Below are positions 41,160-52,889 of a DNA stretch of 64,000 nucleotides, piece by piece. The stretch comes from Synechococcus sp. (GTDB lineage Bacteria > Cyanobacteriota > Cyanobacteriia > PCC-6307 > Cyanobiaceae), in contig JBJBEO010000001.1 in the NCBI GenBank assembly GCA_047284725.1, positions 2,264,203 to 2,328,202 of the forward strand, given 5' to 3'. Made by a program: the position numbers and the translations under genes. Position 1 is the stretch's first letter, and the number at the start of each line of letters is the position of its first letter. Below the pieces are notes generated by a model. It did not search any database. It was given only the letters and a program-made list of their open reading frames with translations, and had not been told where the DNA came from.

Positions 41160-42295
41160 GCACGCTTCCTCAGCGGACGGTCATTCATCACCGACGTCAG
41201 AAATCGGGTGAGGTCATCGAGATGATGACCCAGCGTGAACCTCGCCAGAATTCGGCTCCGCCCTGCAGCTCCGAACCTCTCCGCCAAAGCCGGATCTGAC
41301 ATTAAGTGCTCCATCGCCACAGCCATCCCGGAGACATCGCCTTCTTCGACAAGACATCCTGTCTGTTGATCAATCACCACCTCCGGAATTCCACCATGGC
41401 GAGTGGACACGACGGGCAAACCGCTCAGCTGGGCCTCCATCACGGACACAGGATTGCCTTCGCTGTCGCCATCAGCAGCCACCATGGAATGCTGCACAAA
41501 CACCCGCACCTCCCTCATCAGGTCCGCCACTTGCTCCTGGGCTAATGCCCCGAAAAAGCGAACGCGATTCTGAAGGCCATGGTGCTGCACGAGGGCACGG
41601 GCCTCTGGAAGTAATGGGCCCTCACCCACCATCCATAACTCTCCGACGGGTTGCTTCTGAAAAGCTCGAATCGTATGCAGTGGGCCTTTTTTCGGCACAA
41701 AACGACCAACTGCCAGAAACACCGGCGCCGCCTGCAAGGGAGCACTGCCATGGAACAGAGCCGCATTGGCCCCTGACGCACTAATGAGCAAGCGTGATGA
41801 GTCGGCCCCAAGTTGCTCAAGCGCTTGCGCCATTGGCTTCGACTTGCAGATCACGCCATCAGCCAAGCGAAGCAGACGGCGATAGCGCTCTTTCAACACT
41901 CCCACTTTGCCGCGGGCAGATAAATCGGATCCCCGGAAATGCACGACAAGAGGCACACCGGTGACTGCAGCAGCATTCATCACCCTTACGGCATGGAATC
42001 CGAATTCCGCCATAACGAGATCGGGCTGATGCCGGCGGATCAGCACCTCAGCAACGAACGCGGCAGGCCATCCGGCTAAGCGCAACCAACCCAGACGGGT
42101 CAACACCTTGCTCATCCACACCGCCATGCCGTAAGCGCAGCGAAGGGGTTGCCGCCATGGGCACTCGTCGCCGAAATAGGCGTGCACCTCGAAGGGCAAC
42201 CCCGCCAGATTGGCACGGACAAATGTTTCAGATGCAGCTCGCCGGGTCGGCGCAAACACAAGCAGACGGCGTTGAGAGCGAGGAGAGTTAGCCAT
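41156..42295 (-). CDS. Glycosyltransferase family 4 (WcaL-like)
   Basis: SETFV, HFRGSD, GRFVPKKG, DSEGNPVSVMEA and STRHGGIPE. Confidence 0.88.
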   Translation of the reverse strand: MANSPRSQRRLLVFAPTRRAASETFVRANLAGLPFEVHAYFGDECPWRQPLRCAYGMAVWMSKVLTRLGWLRLAGWPAAFVAEVLIRRHQPDLVMAEFGFHAVRVMNAAAVTGVPLVVHFRGSDLSARGKVGVLKERYRRLLRLADGVICKSKPMAQALEQLGADSSRLLISASGANAALFHGSAPLQAAPVFLAVGRFVPKKGPLHTIRAFQKQPVGELWMVGEGPLLPEARALVQHHGLQNRVRFFGALAQEQVADLMREVRVFVQHSMVAADGDSEGNPVSVMEAQLSGLPVVSTRHGGIPEVVIDQQTGCLVEEGDVSGMAVAMEHLMSDPALAERFGAAGRSRILARFTLGHHLDDLTRFLTSVMNDRPLRKRA

Positions 42296-44702
42296 TGAGG
42301 CCTCCCTCAGCTGAGGCTTGGGTCGGCACGGAAACACCAACGCGACGGAGCGCAGCGATCAAGCGTTCCCTGAGGCGTTCCGGTGCGTATCGTTCCCTCA
42401 CTGCAAGCGCTTGCTCCGCCAACCGTGACCGTTCCGCTGGATGCGCCAGCAAACGCCCCAGACAGCTGACCCACTCCGCATCGGGGGCGTGGTCTGAGAT
42501 CAAACGACCGTTCTCCCCATCGGTGATCAAGTCAGCGGGCCCATGCGGACAATCGACGGCAACACAGCAGCAACCAGCAGCCATCGCCTCGAGCAACACG
42601 TTGGGGAAGCCCTCGTAACGAGAAGACAACACAAAGAGCTGACTACGTGCATACCAATCGGCCATGTTGCCGACACGCCCAGGGAAATGCAGCCGAGCCT
42701 GCAACTCGGGATGCTGCCACAGCAAGCCTTGGAGAGCCCCCAGTTGGTCGCAACCATGGTATGGCTGTTGGTCGAGGCCCACGATCACCAGCTGGAGGTG
42801 AAGATCCCGCAACGCCAAGGGGATCCACCAACGCACTAAGCGATCAAACCCTTTTTGATGCGATTTCGTGCCCACTGCAAGAACCACCGGGTCCGTCGGA
42901 CAAACGCCTGCCGCCGCTAACCATGACTGGGGATCCAGGCATGGCGCAAACCGTGGCAAAGGCCACTGCACTGGGTTGGGCATCAGCAGCTGAGGCTTCG
43001 CACCGAGATGACGTTCCAACCAGGAGCCGACCGCTTTGGTCTGTACAAGATGCAAAGCAGCCCACGGATAACTCAACCGGCGCAAAACGGCCCACAGCAG
43101 ACCGATGGGCTTGGAGGCAGGATCATTGCGCTCTGACACCACACAGGGGACTGCTGCCAACCGCGAAGCCCAAAGCATCTTGATCGCCGGCAGGGAAGTC
43201 ACACCAAACGTGAGCGCGACGTTGTGCCGACGAAGCCAACGCTGCAGCCGCAGCACCCGCAAAGGAAAAGCGCAGGGACCGAGCCAGCGCATCCAGGCAG
43301 GATCAAGAGGTTCCACCGCGCGACGAACCCCAGTGGGAATGGGGTAAAAGTCCCAACTTGCGGGCTTTCGGGTCAACACAACCGAGTCCCATCCCAACTG
43401 CTGCAACCAGGAAGCCCAACTGAGCGTGACCCGTTCTGCACCTCCCAACTTCAAGCTGTCGATGTAGAAGACCACCGTTGGTGACCTATGACGCCTTCCA
43501 TCCGCCTCAGCTGAGATATCGGCGATCGTTAGCAATCCACACTGGTGCAACACCCGCAACATTGCATCGGTTCTAGCTGCATAGGTCTGCGTCGCCGCCC
43601 TTGCCAGACGTTGCTGGAGTTGTGGGCCTTGACCCTTTAGCGCTGCGGCGATGGCCCGCCCGAAAGCATCGGCCTCCGGTGCACACAACCAAGCCACATC
43701 GCCATGGGGCTCCAAAGAAGGAATCGCTGTTGCCACCACGGGCAGACCCGCCGACAGGTACTCAAAGAACTTCATCGGGAACATATGCCGGGTGTAGCCG
43801 TTCAGCTGCAACGGCAACAAAGCCAAATCGGCATGGGCCAACCAAGCGGGCAGATCCGCGTAAGCCACAGGCCCGATCAGGATCACATTCGTACAGGCCG
43901 CCAAGGCATTCACGTCCGTTGAAGGATCACACTCACCAACGGGACCAATCAGCACAAATTCCCAATCGGGATGCCGATGAGCAAGCCGACATAACAGGGA
44001 GAGATCAAGCTTGTAAGCGTCGATGGCACCCATGAACAACAACCGGGGGCGAGACAACGGGTCCATCGCCGCTGGACATGGCAATGGTCGATCACCATGT
44101 CGAGCCCGGCTGAAGTGCTGATGATCAGCCACATTGCCAAACAAAAACGTATGGGAATTCCATCGCTGATGATGACTTTGCAACTCAGGGGACGTGGCGA
44201 ACACCACATCCGCGGCTTCCGACAAGCTGCGTTCGTTCGCCTCAATCCGCTCCACCGGCATTCCAGGCTGGTCCTGGATGCGATCCACACAGTGATAAAC
44301 ACTTCCCGAGAAATCACCTGGGTCGAGATAGAGCGTGGTGAGAGGGTTGTAGGTCCAGAGGATCGGATTGCTGAACCCCAGCCAACGGCAGGCAAATTCG
44401 AGCCCTCCATTGAGAAGTTGGCGATTGAGCTGGAGAGCTATTCCGCTGTGGCCACCTGGCAACACAGGGGGTGACCACACCCATAGCCGTTCACGCCGTT
44501 GGCGGGGGAGTTGCAGCAACCGGCGCAGACGCCGAACAATGCGGGTGCGATCGGCAGCACCCACCCGCGGCGGACGAATCCCGAGGGACTCGACATAGAG
44601 CACTCGATGCCCGGCCGCGGCCAGGGTCAGCGCCGTGTGCTGTTTGTTGGTCCAGAGCGGATGGTCCCAATCCGCAGTGGCGAGAACAACAAAATCAGCC
44701 AT
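42288..44702 (-). CDS. Two-domain glycosyltransferase (TuaH-like GT plus GT4)
   Basis: Domain 1: WTNKQH, YHCVD, PMKFFEYLSAG. Domain 2: GGAERV, SERND, SRYEGFPNVLLEAMAAG. Confidence 0.87.
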   Translation of the reverse strand: MADFVVLATADWDHPLWTNKQHTALTLAAAGHRVLYVESLGIRPPRVGAADRTRIVRRLRRLLQLPRQRRERLWVWSPPVLPGGHSGIALQLNRQLLNGGLEFACRWLGFSNPILWTYNPLTTLYLDPGDFSGSVYHCVDRIQDQPGMPVERIEANERSLSEAADVVFATSPELQSHHQRWNSHTFLFGNVADHQHFSRARHGDRPLPCPAAMDPLSRPRLLFMGAIDAYKLDLSLLCRLAHRHPDWEFVLIGPVGECDPSTDVNALAACTNVILIGPVAYADLPAWLAHADLALLPLQLNGYTRHMFPMKFFEYLSAGLPVVATAIPSLEPHGDVAWLCAPEADAFGRAIAAALKGQGPQLQQRLARAATQTYAARTDAMLRVLHQCGLLTIADISAEADGRRHRSPTVVFYIDSLKLGGAERVTLSWASWLQQLGWDSVVLTRKPASWDFYPIPTGVRRAVEPLDPAWMRWLGPCAFPLRVLRLQRWLRRHNVALTFGVTSLPAIKMLWASRLAAVPCVVSERNDPASKPIGLLWAVLRRLSYPWAALHLVQTKAVGSWLERHLGAKPQLLMPNPVQWPLPRFAPCLDPQSWLAAAGVCPTDPVVLAVGTKSHQKGFDRLVRWWIPLALRDLHLQLVIVGLDQQPYHGCDQLGALQGLLWQHPELQARLHFPGRVGNMADWYARSQLFVLSSRYEGFPNVLLEAMAAGCCCVAVDCPHGPADLITDGENGRLISDHAPDAEWVSCLGRLLAHPAERSRLAEQALAVRERYAPERLRERLIAALRRVGVSVPTQASAEGGLNG

Positions 44703-44709
44703 CGCGCCC

Positions 44710-46527
44710 TCAGTCACCCTCGATCAGGGCCATCTCTCGGAACGTGGGCGAGCGCTCCTGCAACTGTTGAAAATCACCGCTGGCAATAATCTTGCCGTTA
44801 GCCATCTCATAAATCAGGTCGCATTTTTTCACAGTGGAGAGACGATGAGCGATCACAATCGTTGTACAGCGGCGGCCAACGATGTCGAGAGCCTGCATCA
44901 CATCATGCTCAGTTTTATTATCCAAAGCACTGGTGGCCTCATCCAACACCAACACCTTGGCGCCACGGAAAAAGGCCCTTGCCAACGACAGTCGCTGCCG
45001 TTGTCCACCCGATAACTTAATGCCATTTTCACCAATCATGGTGTAGAGGCCATAGGTCATACCTGCGACGTACTCTTCGAACTGGGCAGCCTCCAGTGCA
45101 GACCAAACCTGATCATCATCAATATCTGCGGGATCACATCCAAAGGCAACGTTGTCTCGAATACTTCCATCCATCAGGCGAATTGTCTGTGGCACAAACG
45201 CGCAGTTGGCTTGCCAGGCAGGAACCTCCTGATCACTCACTTCAATGCCATCGAGCATCAGCTCGCCGGAGGTGGGCTGAAAAAGGCCCAACAAAAGGTG
45301 GGCAAGTGTTGTTTTACCGCTACCCGTACGACCCACCAAAGCAATCCGAGATCCGATCGGGATTGACAGATTGACATGATCGATCACCGACTTTCCATCT
45401 TGGCTGTAGGCAAAAGAAACATCCTTCAGCTGAATAAACCGTCGCGGCATCACCCCTTCTGCCGTCGGCACTCCATCGGAGGCAAGCAAATAGCGCTCTG
45501 GCTTCAGACTGAGCAGCTCGAGCGCATCGGCGATTTCCGGCAAACCACCGCGCAACCGGTTAATGCTGCGAAACATCGATTGCAGAGGGCCTGAGATACG
45601 AAGTAGAGCGACAAGCACTGCCGACAGAGCAGGAATAGCGCTTCTGATCTGCTCGGGATCACGGCTCAGCAAGGCCGGACCGATACCAACAGCGAACAAA
45701 ATCGTGATTCCAGCAGGCTCAATCACCAGTCGTGGCACATCGGGCAGCAAGCGACCAACGCGGTCATATCGCTTGGCAATCACACCGTCTCGAGAAAACC
45801 GTGAGACAAAATAATTTTCCGCAGAATATAACTGAACTTCGCGCATGGAGCGCAGCGACTCCATCAACAACAAGTTGATTCGTCGCCCATAGCGAATACG
45901 CTGCTTGGTCGACAATCGCAAATAAGGCGTGATCAACTTTGAAGCGAGCACATAGGCCAACAGCATCAGACCAAATACAGCCAAAGCCTTAAGCCCCAAA
46001 ACCAAAACCACCCCAACCAAAAGCGATGCCACAGACACCACATTTCCCGAGATAAGGATGATCGGACTGATCACACCCGTCGAAACACTATTTAAAATAC
46101 GATTAAATTTTTCAGACAGATTGGCAGTGCGTTGACGAATAAAAAACTCATACTTTTGTCGCATGAGGTTGTCATACACCTTATTGACCAGATCATTCCA
46201 CACCTCAGCACTGAGGAGGCTTTGCATCAGGGCCACACCGAAGCGAATACCAGACGCCAACCAAAACGAGCCAATCAGAAGAGCGACCAACCATCCAGAC
46301 TGATCGAGAAAATCACCACCAAAAACACGAATTCCTGGCAAATAATCATCAACCTTGGCCCCAGCCAACAGGCCCACAAGACGGGCCAGCAAGGCCACGA
46401 GAAAGACATCCAGCAATCCCTGGAACAGGGATGCAATCAACACGAAAACCAGCAGACGCACCCGCCTGCGGGGCAACTCTCGAAGCAGCTGACTGAGATT
46501 GCTCCAGGTCTGACTTTGCAAAGGCAT
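44710..46527 (-). CDS. ABC exporter with fused permease and ATPase (PglK/MsbA-like)
   Basis: TM domain; GRTGSGKT, LSGGQRQR, LDEATSALD and IAHRLST. Confidence 0.92.
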   Translation of the reverse strand: MPLQSQTWSNLSQLLRELPRRRVRLLVFVLIASLFQGLLDVFLVALLARLVGLLAGAKVDDYLPGIRVFGGDFLDQSGWLVALLIGSFWLASGIRFGVALMQSLLSAEVWNDLVNKVYDNLMRQKYEFFIRQRTANLSEKFNRILNSVSTGVISPIILISGNVVSVASLLVGVVLVLGLKALAVFGLMLLAYVLASKLITPYLRLSTKQRIRYGRRINLLLMESLRSMREVQLYSAENYFVSRFSRDGVIAKRYDRVGRLLPDVPRLVIEPAGITILFAVGIGPALLSRDPEQIRSAIPALSAVLVALLRISGPLQSMFRSINRLRGGLPEIADALELLSLKPERYLLASDGVPTAEGVMPRRFIQLKDVSFAYSQDGKSVIDHVNLSIPIGSRIALVGRTGSGKTTLAHLLLGLFQPTSGELMLDGIEVSDQEVPAWQANCAFVPQTIRLMDGSIRDNVAFGCDPADIDDDQVWSALEAAQFEEYVAGMTYGLYTMIGENGIKLSGGQRQRLSLARAFFRGAKVLVLDEATSALDNKTEHDVMQALDIVGRRCTTIVIAHRLSTVKKCDLIYEMANGKIIASGDFQQLQERSPTFREMALIEGD

Positions 46528-46601
46528 GAAGACCGTCAGAGATCAACCCTGCGCAAGCAAGGACAATCCAAATCTGAAGTGACCATAGACCGCCCGCTCC
46601 C

Positions 46602-47684
46602 TCAGGGTTTCCCAGCCACAGGCCAGCCAGGCAACCGATTGACCACCCGGACAAATGCTCGTCGAACGCGGCCCCAGCGCAACTGCCACAACGGCATTGC
46701 CCGCAGGGGAGGTTCCAGCAACAGCGAGGGCATCAACTGATCCAGCTCCCTCAACACCCTCTGCCAACGCGCCTGCAACGCCCCTTCACTGAACTGCTGC
46801 AACCAGGGCTCCAGTTGTGCGACGGGCGGGAGCCACTGATGCGGTGCGATGGCTGCCGCCACAATCCGCTCCACGTCGTAGGCAAGGCTGCCACATCCCA
46901 GTTGGTGACCAAACTCTCCGGGCGTCAAGGTGTCCGCCAAAGCGTGATTGAGGCTGCTGAAGACCACACAACTGCAGGCCATCGCTTCGAGAGGAGGCAA
47001 ACCGAAGCCTTCGCTGACAGCCACGGAACGCCAATGGTCCGCAGAGTCGTAGAGGTAAACCCTGGCGCTGTTGAACAACCCCACCAAGTCATCCACCCAG
47101 CCGTTTTGTACCTCGACGCGCAGCCCACGAGCCCTCAGGGCTGGCACCAACTGATTGAGCACATAGGCACTGCTCTTGCGCTGTTGCACCAAGACATCAA
47201 TGGGCCGTGAGTCCATCGAAGCCCCACGCTCACCGCTCTCCAACCATTGAGACTCCAGTGCATTTGGCACCAGAAACAAAGGATTACGCGGTGCCCGATC
47301 CCCCCAATAGCCGAGGGTATTGCGACTGACCGCCAGCACAGGCACGCCCGGAGGAAGATCAAAGCCATAACCAGTGCTGTGGGCCTGGTAGACCACAGCA
47401 CGTCCTCGCAGACGACGAAGCAGCTGGGGGACATGAAACCCCCAACTCACCAGCCAGAGCGCATCGCCAGGGACCTGCTCCTGCGCCAGCAGGTCGTCCA
47501 AGAACGGATGCTCCAGCTCCCGCTGGCGGTAGGTAACCACCTGCGTAGGCCGCAATGGAGACAACAAGCGTGCCGTCTGCAACGCAACGCTCAAGCCACC
47601 ACAACGAAAACGGGTTCCGGTGCCAGGCACCAGAACCCTGATGGGATTGTTCAGTTGTGGGGACGCCCCGGGAGCAGATGGCAT
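46602..47684 (-). CDS. Glycosyltransferase, GT-B
   Basis: CGGLSV and EGFGLPPLEAMAC. Confidence 0.8.
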   Translation of the reverse strand: MPSAPGASPQLNNPIRVLVPGTGTRFRCGGLSVALQTARLLSPLRPTQVVTYRQRELEHPFLDDLLAQEQVPGDALWLVSWGFHVPQLLRRLRGRAVVYQAHSTGYGFDLPPGVPVLAVSRNTLGYWGDRAPRNPLFLVPNALESQWLESGERGASMDSRPIDVLVQQRKSSAYVLNQLVPALRARGLRVEVQNGWVDDLVGLFNSARVYLYDSADHWRSVAVSEGFGLPPLEAMACSCVVFSSLNHALADTLTPGEFGHQLGCGSLAYDVERIVAAAIAPHQWLPPVAQLEPWLQQFSEGALQARWQRVLRELDQLMPSLLLEPPLRAMPLWQLRWGRVRRAFVRVVNRLPGWPVAGKP

Positions 47685-47723
47685 CAGCTCAGAGCCACCG
47701 AACCATGCAACGCAATCGCTTCA

Positions 47724-48437
47724 TCAAGCAGCGGCAGCCTCCGTGCTGCCAGCCCGCTGACGACGGGTAAGGAAACCAAACAACACCTTGCCGATCGCAG
47801 CCACGAGGTTGCCCTCAAGCTCTTTGAACATGTTCATGTTCAGGTGGAAGGCATGATTCGCCTCTTCGACGATGCGATCGGCCATGGCCTGATCGATGGG
47901 CAACTCATCCATGGTTGAGCGATACGTGGTTTTGAAGGCCTTTTCATCAGCGATGTCGTCAAACACGTAAAAACGCAATCCGTCATCTCCATCCATATTC
48001 ATCGCCTTCTGAGCAATGTTCTTCAGGATCTGACCACCCGAAAGATCGCCGAGGTAACGGGTGTAGTGATGGCCTACCAGCAATTCAGGGGATTCTTTGG
48101 CCACAGCATGAATTCGCTCCACATAAGCCGCTGCAGACGGGGATGGCTTGATCTCCTGTTTCCAGTTGGCGCCGAAGTAGTAAGTGAGATCCTGCTCAAG
48201 CGCTTCACTGCGATTGAGCTCCTTCATGCCCACCGGGCCCACCACAGGGTGGTTACCAAGCTTGGCGATCTCTTCCTCCATGGCTGTGTAGACGAAATAG
48301 AGGTCTGCCACCAACTTGCGATAGCTGGACTTATCGACAACACCTTTGAGGAAGCAGCTCACAAAGCCGGTGTTCTCGGCCATGGTGTGCGACTTCTTGG
48401 TGCCTTCACGGAGCTGGGCAGCCAAAGCGACAGACAT
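47724..48437 (-). CDS. ho1: Heme oxygenase (ferredoxin-dependent)
   Basis: LREGTKKSHTMAEN, HHYTRYLGDLSGGQIL and EANHAF. Confidence 0.96.
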   Translation of the reverse strand: MSVALAAQLREGTKKSHTMAENTGFVSCFLKGVVDKSSYRKLVADLYFVYTAMEEEIAKLGNHPVVGPVGMKELNRSEALEQDLTYYFGANWKQEIKPSPSAAAYVERIHAVAKESPELLVGHHYTRYLGDLSGGQILKNIAQKAMNMDGDDGLRFYVFDDIADEKAFKTTYRSTMDELPIDQAMADRIVEEANHAFHLNMNMFKELEGNLVAAIGKVLFGFLTRRQRAGSTEAAAA

Positions 48438-48510
48438 GGAACAGACCTTGTGGCACAGAACAAGACCTTAAAAGCCATTCCCCGCCAGAAGCCCTTTGGT
48501 TTGCGAAGGG

Positions 48511-48936
48511 TTACGAGACCACGGAGAACACGGTGTGAAGATCACGGCAGATCTGCTGCAAGCGCAGCACCTGATCCGGCTGAGGCAGATGGGAACCACT
48601 GGGCTGCCAGTCCCCAACTGTCGCCAACCGCCACCGCTCACCGTCGTAGGTCATGCCACGCATCAACACTCCCAGCAGTGGAGAGCGCTCTTCCCGTGGA
48701 TCCACCTGAAGACGTAGCTGCAACAAAAGGCTTCGACATTGCAGCCGCGGACTCCACCCAGGGAAGTGAAAGGCGAGGTCGAGGGTTTCCTCTTCCGTCC
48801 ACTGCCGCGTTTGAGGATCGTCCCGCCAGGGGCGCAGATTGGGTTTGGCGGCAGGAAAATGCTGGCGCACCAGCGTCACCGAGGAGGCCAGGGCCTGGGC
48901 CTGGGGCACGCTGTGAATGGCTTCAGCTGCGTTCAC
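48511..48936 (-). CDS. Hypothetical protein
   Basis: ATG start, protein-like composition (PWRDDP, FHFPGWSP), co-oriented with ho1. Confidence 0.7.
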   Translation of the reverse strand: MNAAEAIHSVPQAQALASSVTLVRQHFPAAKPNLRPWRDDPQTRQWTEEETLDLAFHFPGWSPRLQCRSLLLQLRLQVDPREERSPLLGVLMRGMTYDGERWRLATVGDWQPSGSHLPQPDQVLRLQQICRDLHTVFSVVS

Positions 48937-49037
48937 GCCTGGGGTGCCGATGGAATTCAGGATGAAGGCTGTCGGCCCAAATCGCCAGCGGCCGTTACGG
49001 TTGCGACCAAGGTATTCAAATCCTGAGACTTCGCACC

Positions 49038-50363
49038 ATGGCTTGGCGCTCGATCAGCACCCGCCTGGGCCTGTACAGCCTTGTGGGGATTGGTGCCGCT
49101 GCCGTGCATTACGGAGTGCTCGTTGCACTGCGCTTCGTTCTCCCCACCTGGCTGGCCAACCCCCTGGCGTTTCTTGCTGCCTCGGTGACCGGCTATCTGG
49201 GCCATGCACGTTTCACCTTTCGACCGGAGACCGGAGGAACCCACTTCGCCCGCCGCTGGCTGGTCCTTCAATACGTCGTCAATCTCACCGTGTGCGGCCT
49301 TCTTCCCATCGCCCTGCCAGCTGCAGCCCTGGCAGACCTGATCGGATCAAAGGCAGCGACAATGGTGCTGGACAGCATCTTTGTGTTCACGCCAACGGTG
49401 CTCAACGCCTTGATCTGGTCGCGGGCAGCCCGCTTTAGTCAGCGAAGACGGCAATCTGGACAGCGTCCACGCCTCCATGCCGATGACCTGGGATTGAGTG
49501 ACGCCACCAACACCGCCATTCTTGAGCTGATCGAATCAGGCCAACTCGATGGCGCCAGCCTGTTGGTGAACGGACCCGCTGTTGCAGAAGCCCTGAGCCG
49601 CTGGCCCTCGCTGGAAGCACAACGCCCCCATCTGCAGCTGTGTCTCCACCTCTGCCTCACTGAAGGTCAAGCGTGTGCTGCTCCGAACACCATCCCCGCA
49701 CTGGTCAACCACCAGGGCCACTTGCACCTCTCCTTCGGGCAATGGCTGCTGCTCTCACTCCTGCCGCAGAACAACCCCCGCCGACAACGAATCTCCCAAC
49801 AATTGCGTCGGGAAGTGGAAGCCCAACTCAACCGCTTCCGTCAACTGCATGGACCAGGACCGATCAGCCTGGATGGCCACCAGCACATCCATTTAGTACC
49901 GGTTGTCCACAGCACCCTGATGGCCCTGGCGCAGCAGCATCAAATCATCTGGATGCGCAGTACTGCCGAACCACTGCCCACCGGACTGCCCTTGCAAGCC
50001 TGGTGGCAAGCCATTCGCAGCGCAGGTCTGCTCAAATGGTTCGTGCTGCAGATCCTGAGCACGCGCGCCGCAAAAGCTCAGCGCCGTCAGGGCATCAGCA
50101 GTAACAGCGGCTTTGCCGGCGTGCTATTCACCGGCCAGATGGCAGATCAACCTCTAAAGGCCTGCTGGCGGGCACTTTGCAGCAAGTCCATCAGAGCTGA
50201 GTCACCTGACTGGGCTCGAGCTCAGCTTCTGATCCACCCGGGGGCTCCCCTCACAACCAATCTTGTGGATTCGGGTTTTGGCAGATCTCAACCCTTTGCC
50301 GTCTCACCATGGCGCCAGAAGGAATGGAACGCGGTTCAACGCTTGGTGTCACGATTGGAGTAG
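49038..50363 (+). CDS. GtrA-family flippase fused to a YdjC/ChbG/HpnK deacetylase
   Basis: Four-TM GtrA-like N-terminus (YSLVGI, ANPLAF, RFTF); HADDLG, LHLCLTEG, DGHQHIH and IHPG deacetylase motifs. Confidence 0.85.
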   Translation: MAWRSISTRLGLYSLVGIGAAAVHYGVLVALRFVLPTWLANPLAFLAASVTGYLGHARFTFRPETGGTHFARRWLVLQYVVNLTVCGLLPIALPAAALADLIGSKAATMVLDSIFVFTPTVLNALIWSRAARFSQRRRQSGQRPRLHADDLGLSDATNTAILELIESGQLDGASLLVNGPAVAEALSRWPSLEAQRPHLQLCLHLCLTEGQACAAPNTIPALVNHQGHLHLSFGQWLLLSLLPQNNPRRQRISQQLRREVEAQLNRFRQLHGPGPISLDGHQHIHLVPVVHSTLMALAQQHQIIWMRSTAEPLPTGLPLQAWWQAIRSAGLLKWFVLQILSTRAAKAQRRQGISSNSGFAGVLFTGQMADQPLKACWRALCSKSIRAESPDWARAQLLIHPGAPLTTNLVDSGFGRSQPFAVSPWRQKEWNAVQRLVSRLE

Positions 50364-51352
50364 ATGGCCCGAATGAAATAGTGCGGCCTCCCTTTGGCCT
50401 CCACGTAAATCCGGCCGATGTATTCCCCCAACACACCGATGCCAATTAGCTGAATGCCACCCAGAAACAGGATCGCGACGATCAACGTGGCAAAACCAGG
50501 CGCATCCACCCCGGTGAACAACGTGTCGAGCACGATCACCAAGGCATAAATCAGGCTCAGCAGCGACACCACCACCCCGATCACGCTCCACACCTTTAGT
50601 GGCAGCACTGAGAAGGAAAAGATGCCGTCGAGGGCATAACTCCACAACGCCAGGGGGCTCCAGGAGGACGAACCAGCGCTGCGACCCACCCGCTGATAAG
50701 GGAGTTCCACACTGCGATATCCAGTCCACGGCAGTAATCCTTTGGAAAAACGACTCGACTCGCGCAACCGAGTCAGCGCCTCGATCACCGGCGCATCCAA
50801 CAAGCGGAAATCGCCTGCTCCCTCCTTGAGCTGAATCGAATCCACCAGCTTGTTGAAGACCCGATAAAACCACGAAGCACTGGCCACCTTGAGGCGGGAT
50901 TCCTGATCCCTGTCATCGCGCACAGCGGTGACCACCTCAGCCCCCTCACGCCATCGCCAGACCATGGCTTCAATCAGCTCAGGCGGATGCTGGAGATCGG
51001 AATCGATCAGAACGGCTGCCGGACAGTGGCCGCGCACGTAATCCAGGCCGGCCAGCATCGCCGATTCCTTACCGAAGTTTCTGGTGAGCTCCAACAGGGT
51101 GACAGGCGCAGAGCGTCCCTCCTCTTCGTGCCGCTTCTGCCAGGCACGGATCTGATCCACAGTGCCATCGCTTGAGCCATCGTCAATCAAGACCAGGCGC
51201 TCCACCCCAGGCACCACCAGCACCCGCTCGATGAAATGGGTGATCACAGCCTGCTCGTTGAAACAAGCAGCCACGACCCAGACGCCTGGAGGTTGTGCCA
51301 TGGGTTGCGGAGCTGGACCAATCCAAACTGTAGGGATCACCGCCCGAGTCAT
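50336..51352 (-). CDS. GT2 polyprenol-phosphate glycosyltransferase (GtrB/ArnC-like)
   Basis: FNE, DDGSSD, RNFGKE, DSDLQHPP, GDFRL, two C-terminal TMs and GEYIGRIY. Start approximate. Confidence 0.92.
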   Translation of the reverse strand: MTRAVIPTVWIGPAPQPMAQPPGVWVVAACFNEQAVITHFIERVLVVPGVERLVLIDDGSSDGTVDQIRAWQKRHEEEGRSAPVTLLELTRNFGKESAMLAGLDYVRGHCPAAVLIDSDLQHPPELIEAMVWRWREGAEVVTAVRDDRDQESRLKVASASWFYRVFNKLVDSIQLKEGAGDFRLLDAPVIEALTRLRESSRFSKGLLPWTGYRSVELPYQRVGRSAGSSSWSPLALWSYALDGIFSFSVLPLKVWSVIGVVVSLLSLIYALVIVLDTLFTGVDAPGFATLIVAILFLGGIQLIGIGVLGEYIGRIYVEAKGRPHYFIRAIYSNRDTKR

Positions 51353-51395
51353 AGGCTCAGCCGTACGCAGTTCCGCCGGTCGGCCCTCCTCTCCC

Positions 51396-52820
<1,425 letters not shown>

Positions 52821-52844
52821 CACAGAGACAACCTGTGCCCAAAC

Positions 52845-52864
52845 CCGGCCTTCGCGCCGGCTTT
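52845..52864 (+). terminator. Possible weak intrinsic terminator after icd
   Basis: CCGGC-cttcgc-GCCGG followed by cttt; short stem and poor U-tract. Confidence 0.3.
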
Positions 52865-52889
52865 AGGTCGTTCACGGCAGACTTTTGTC

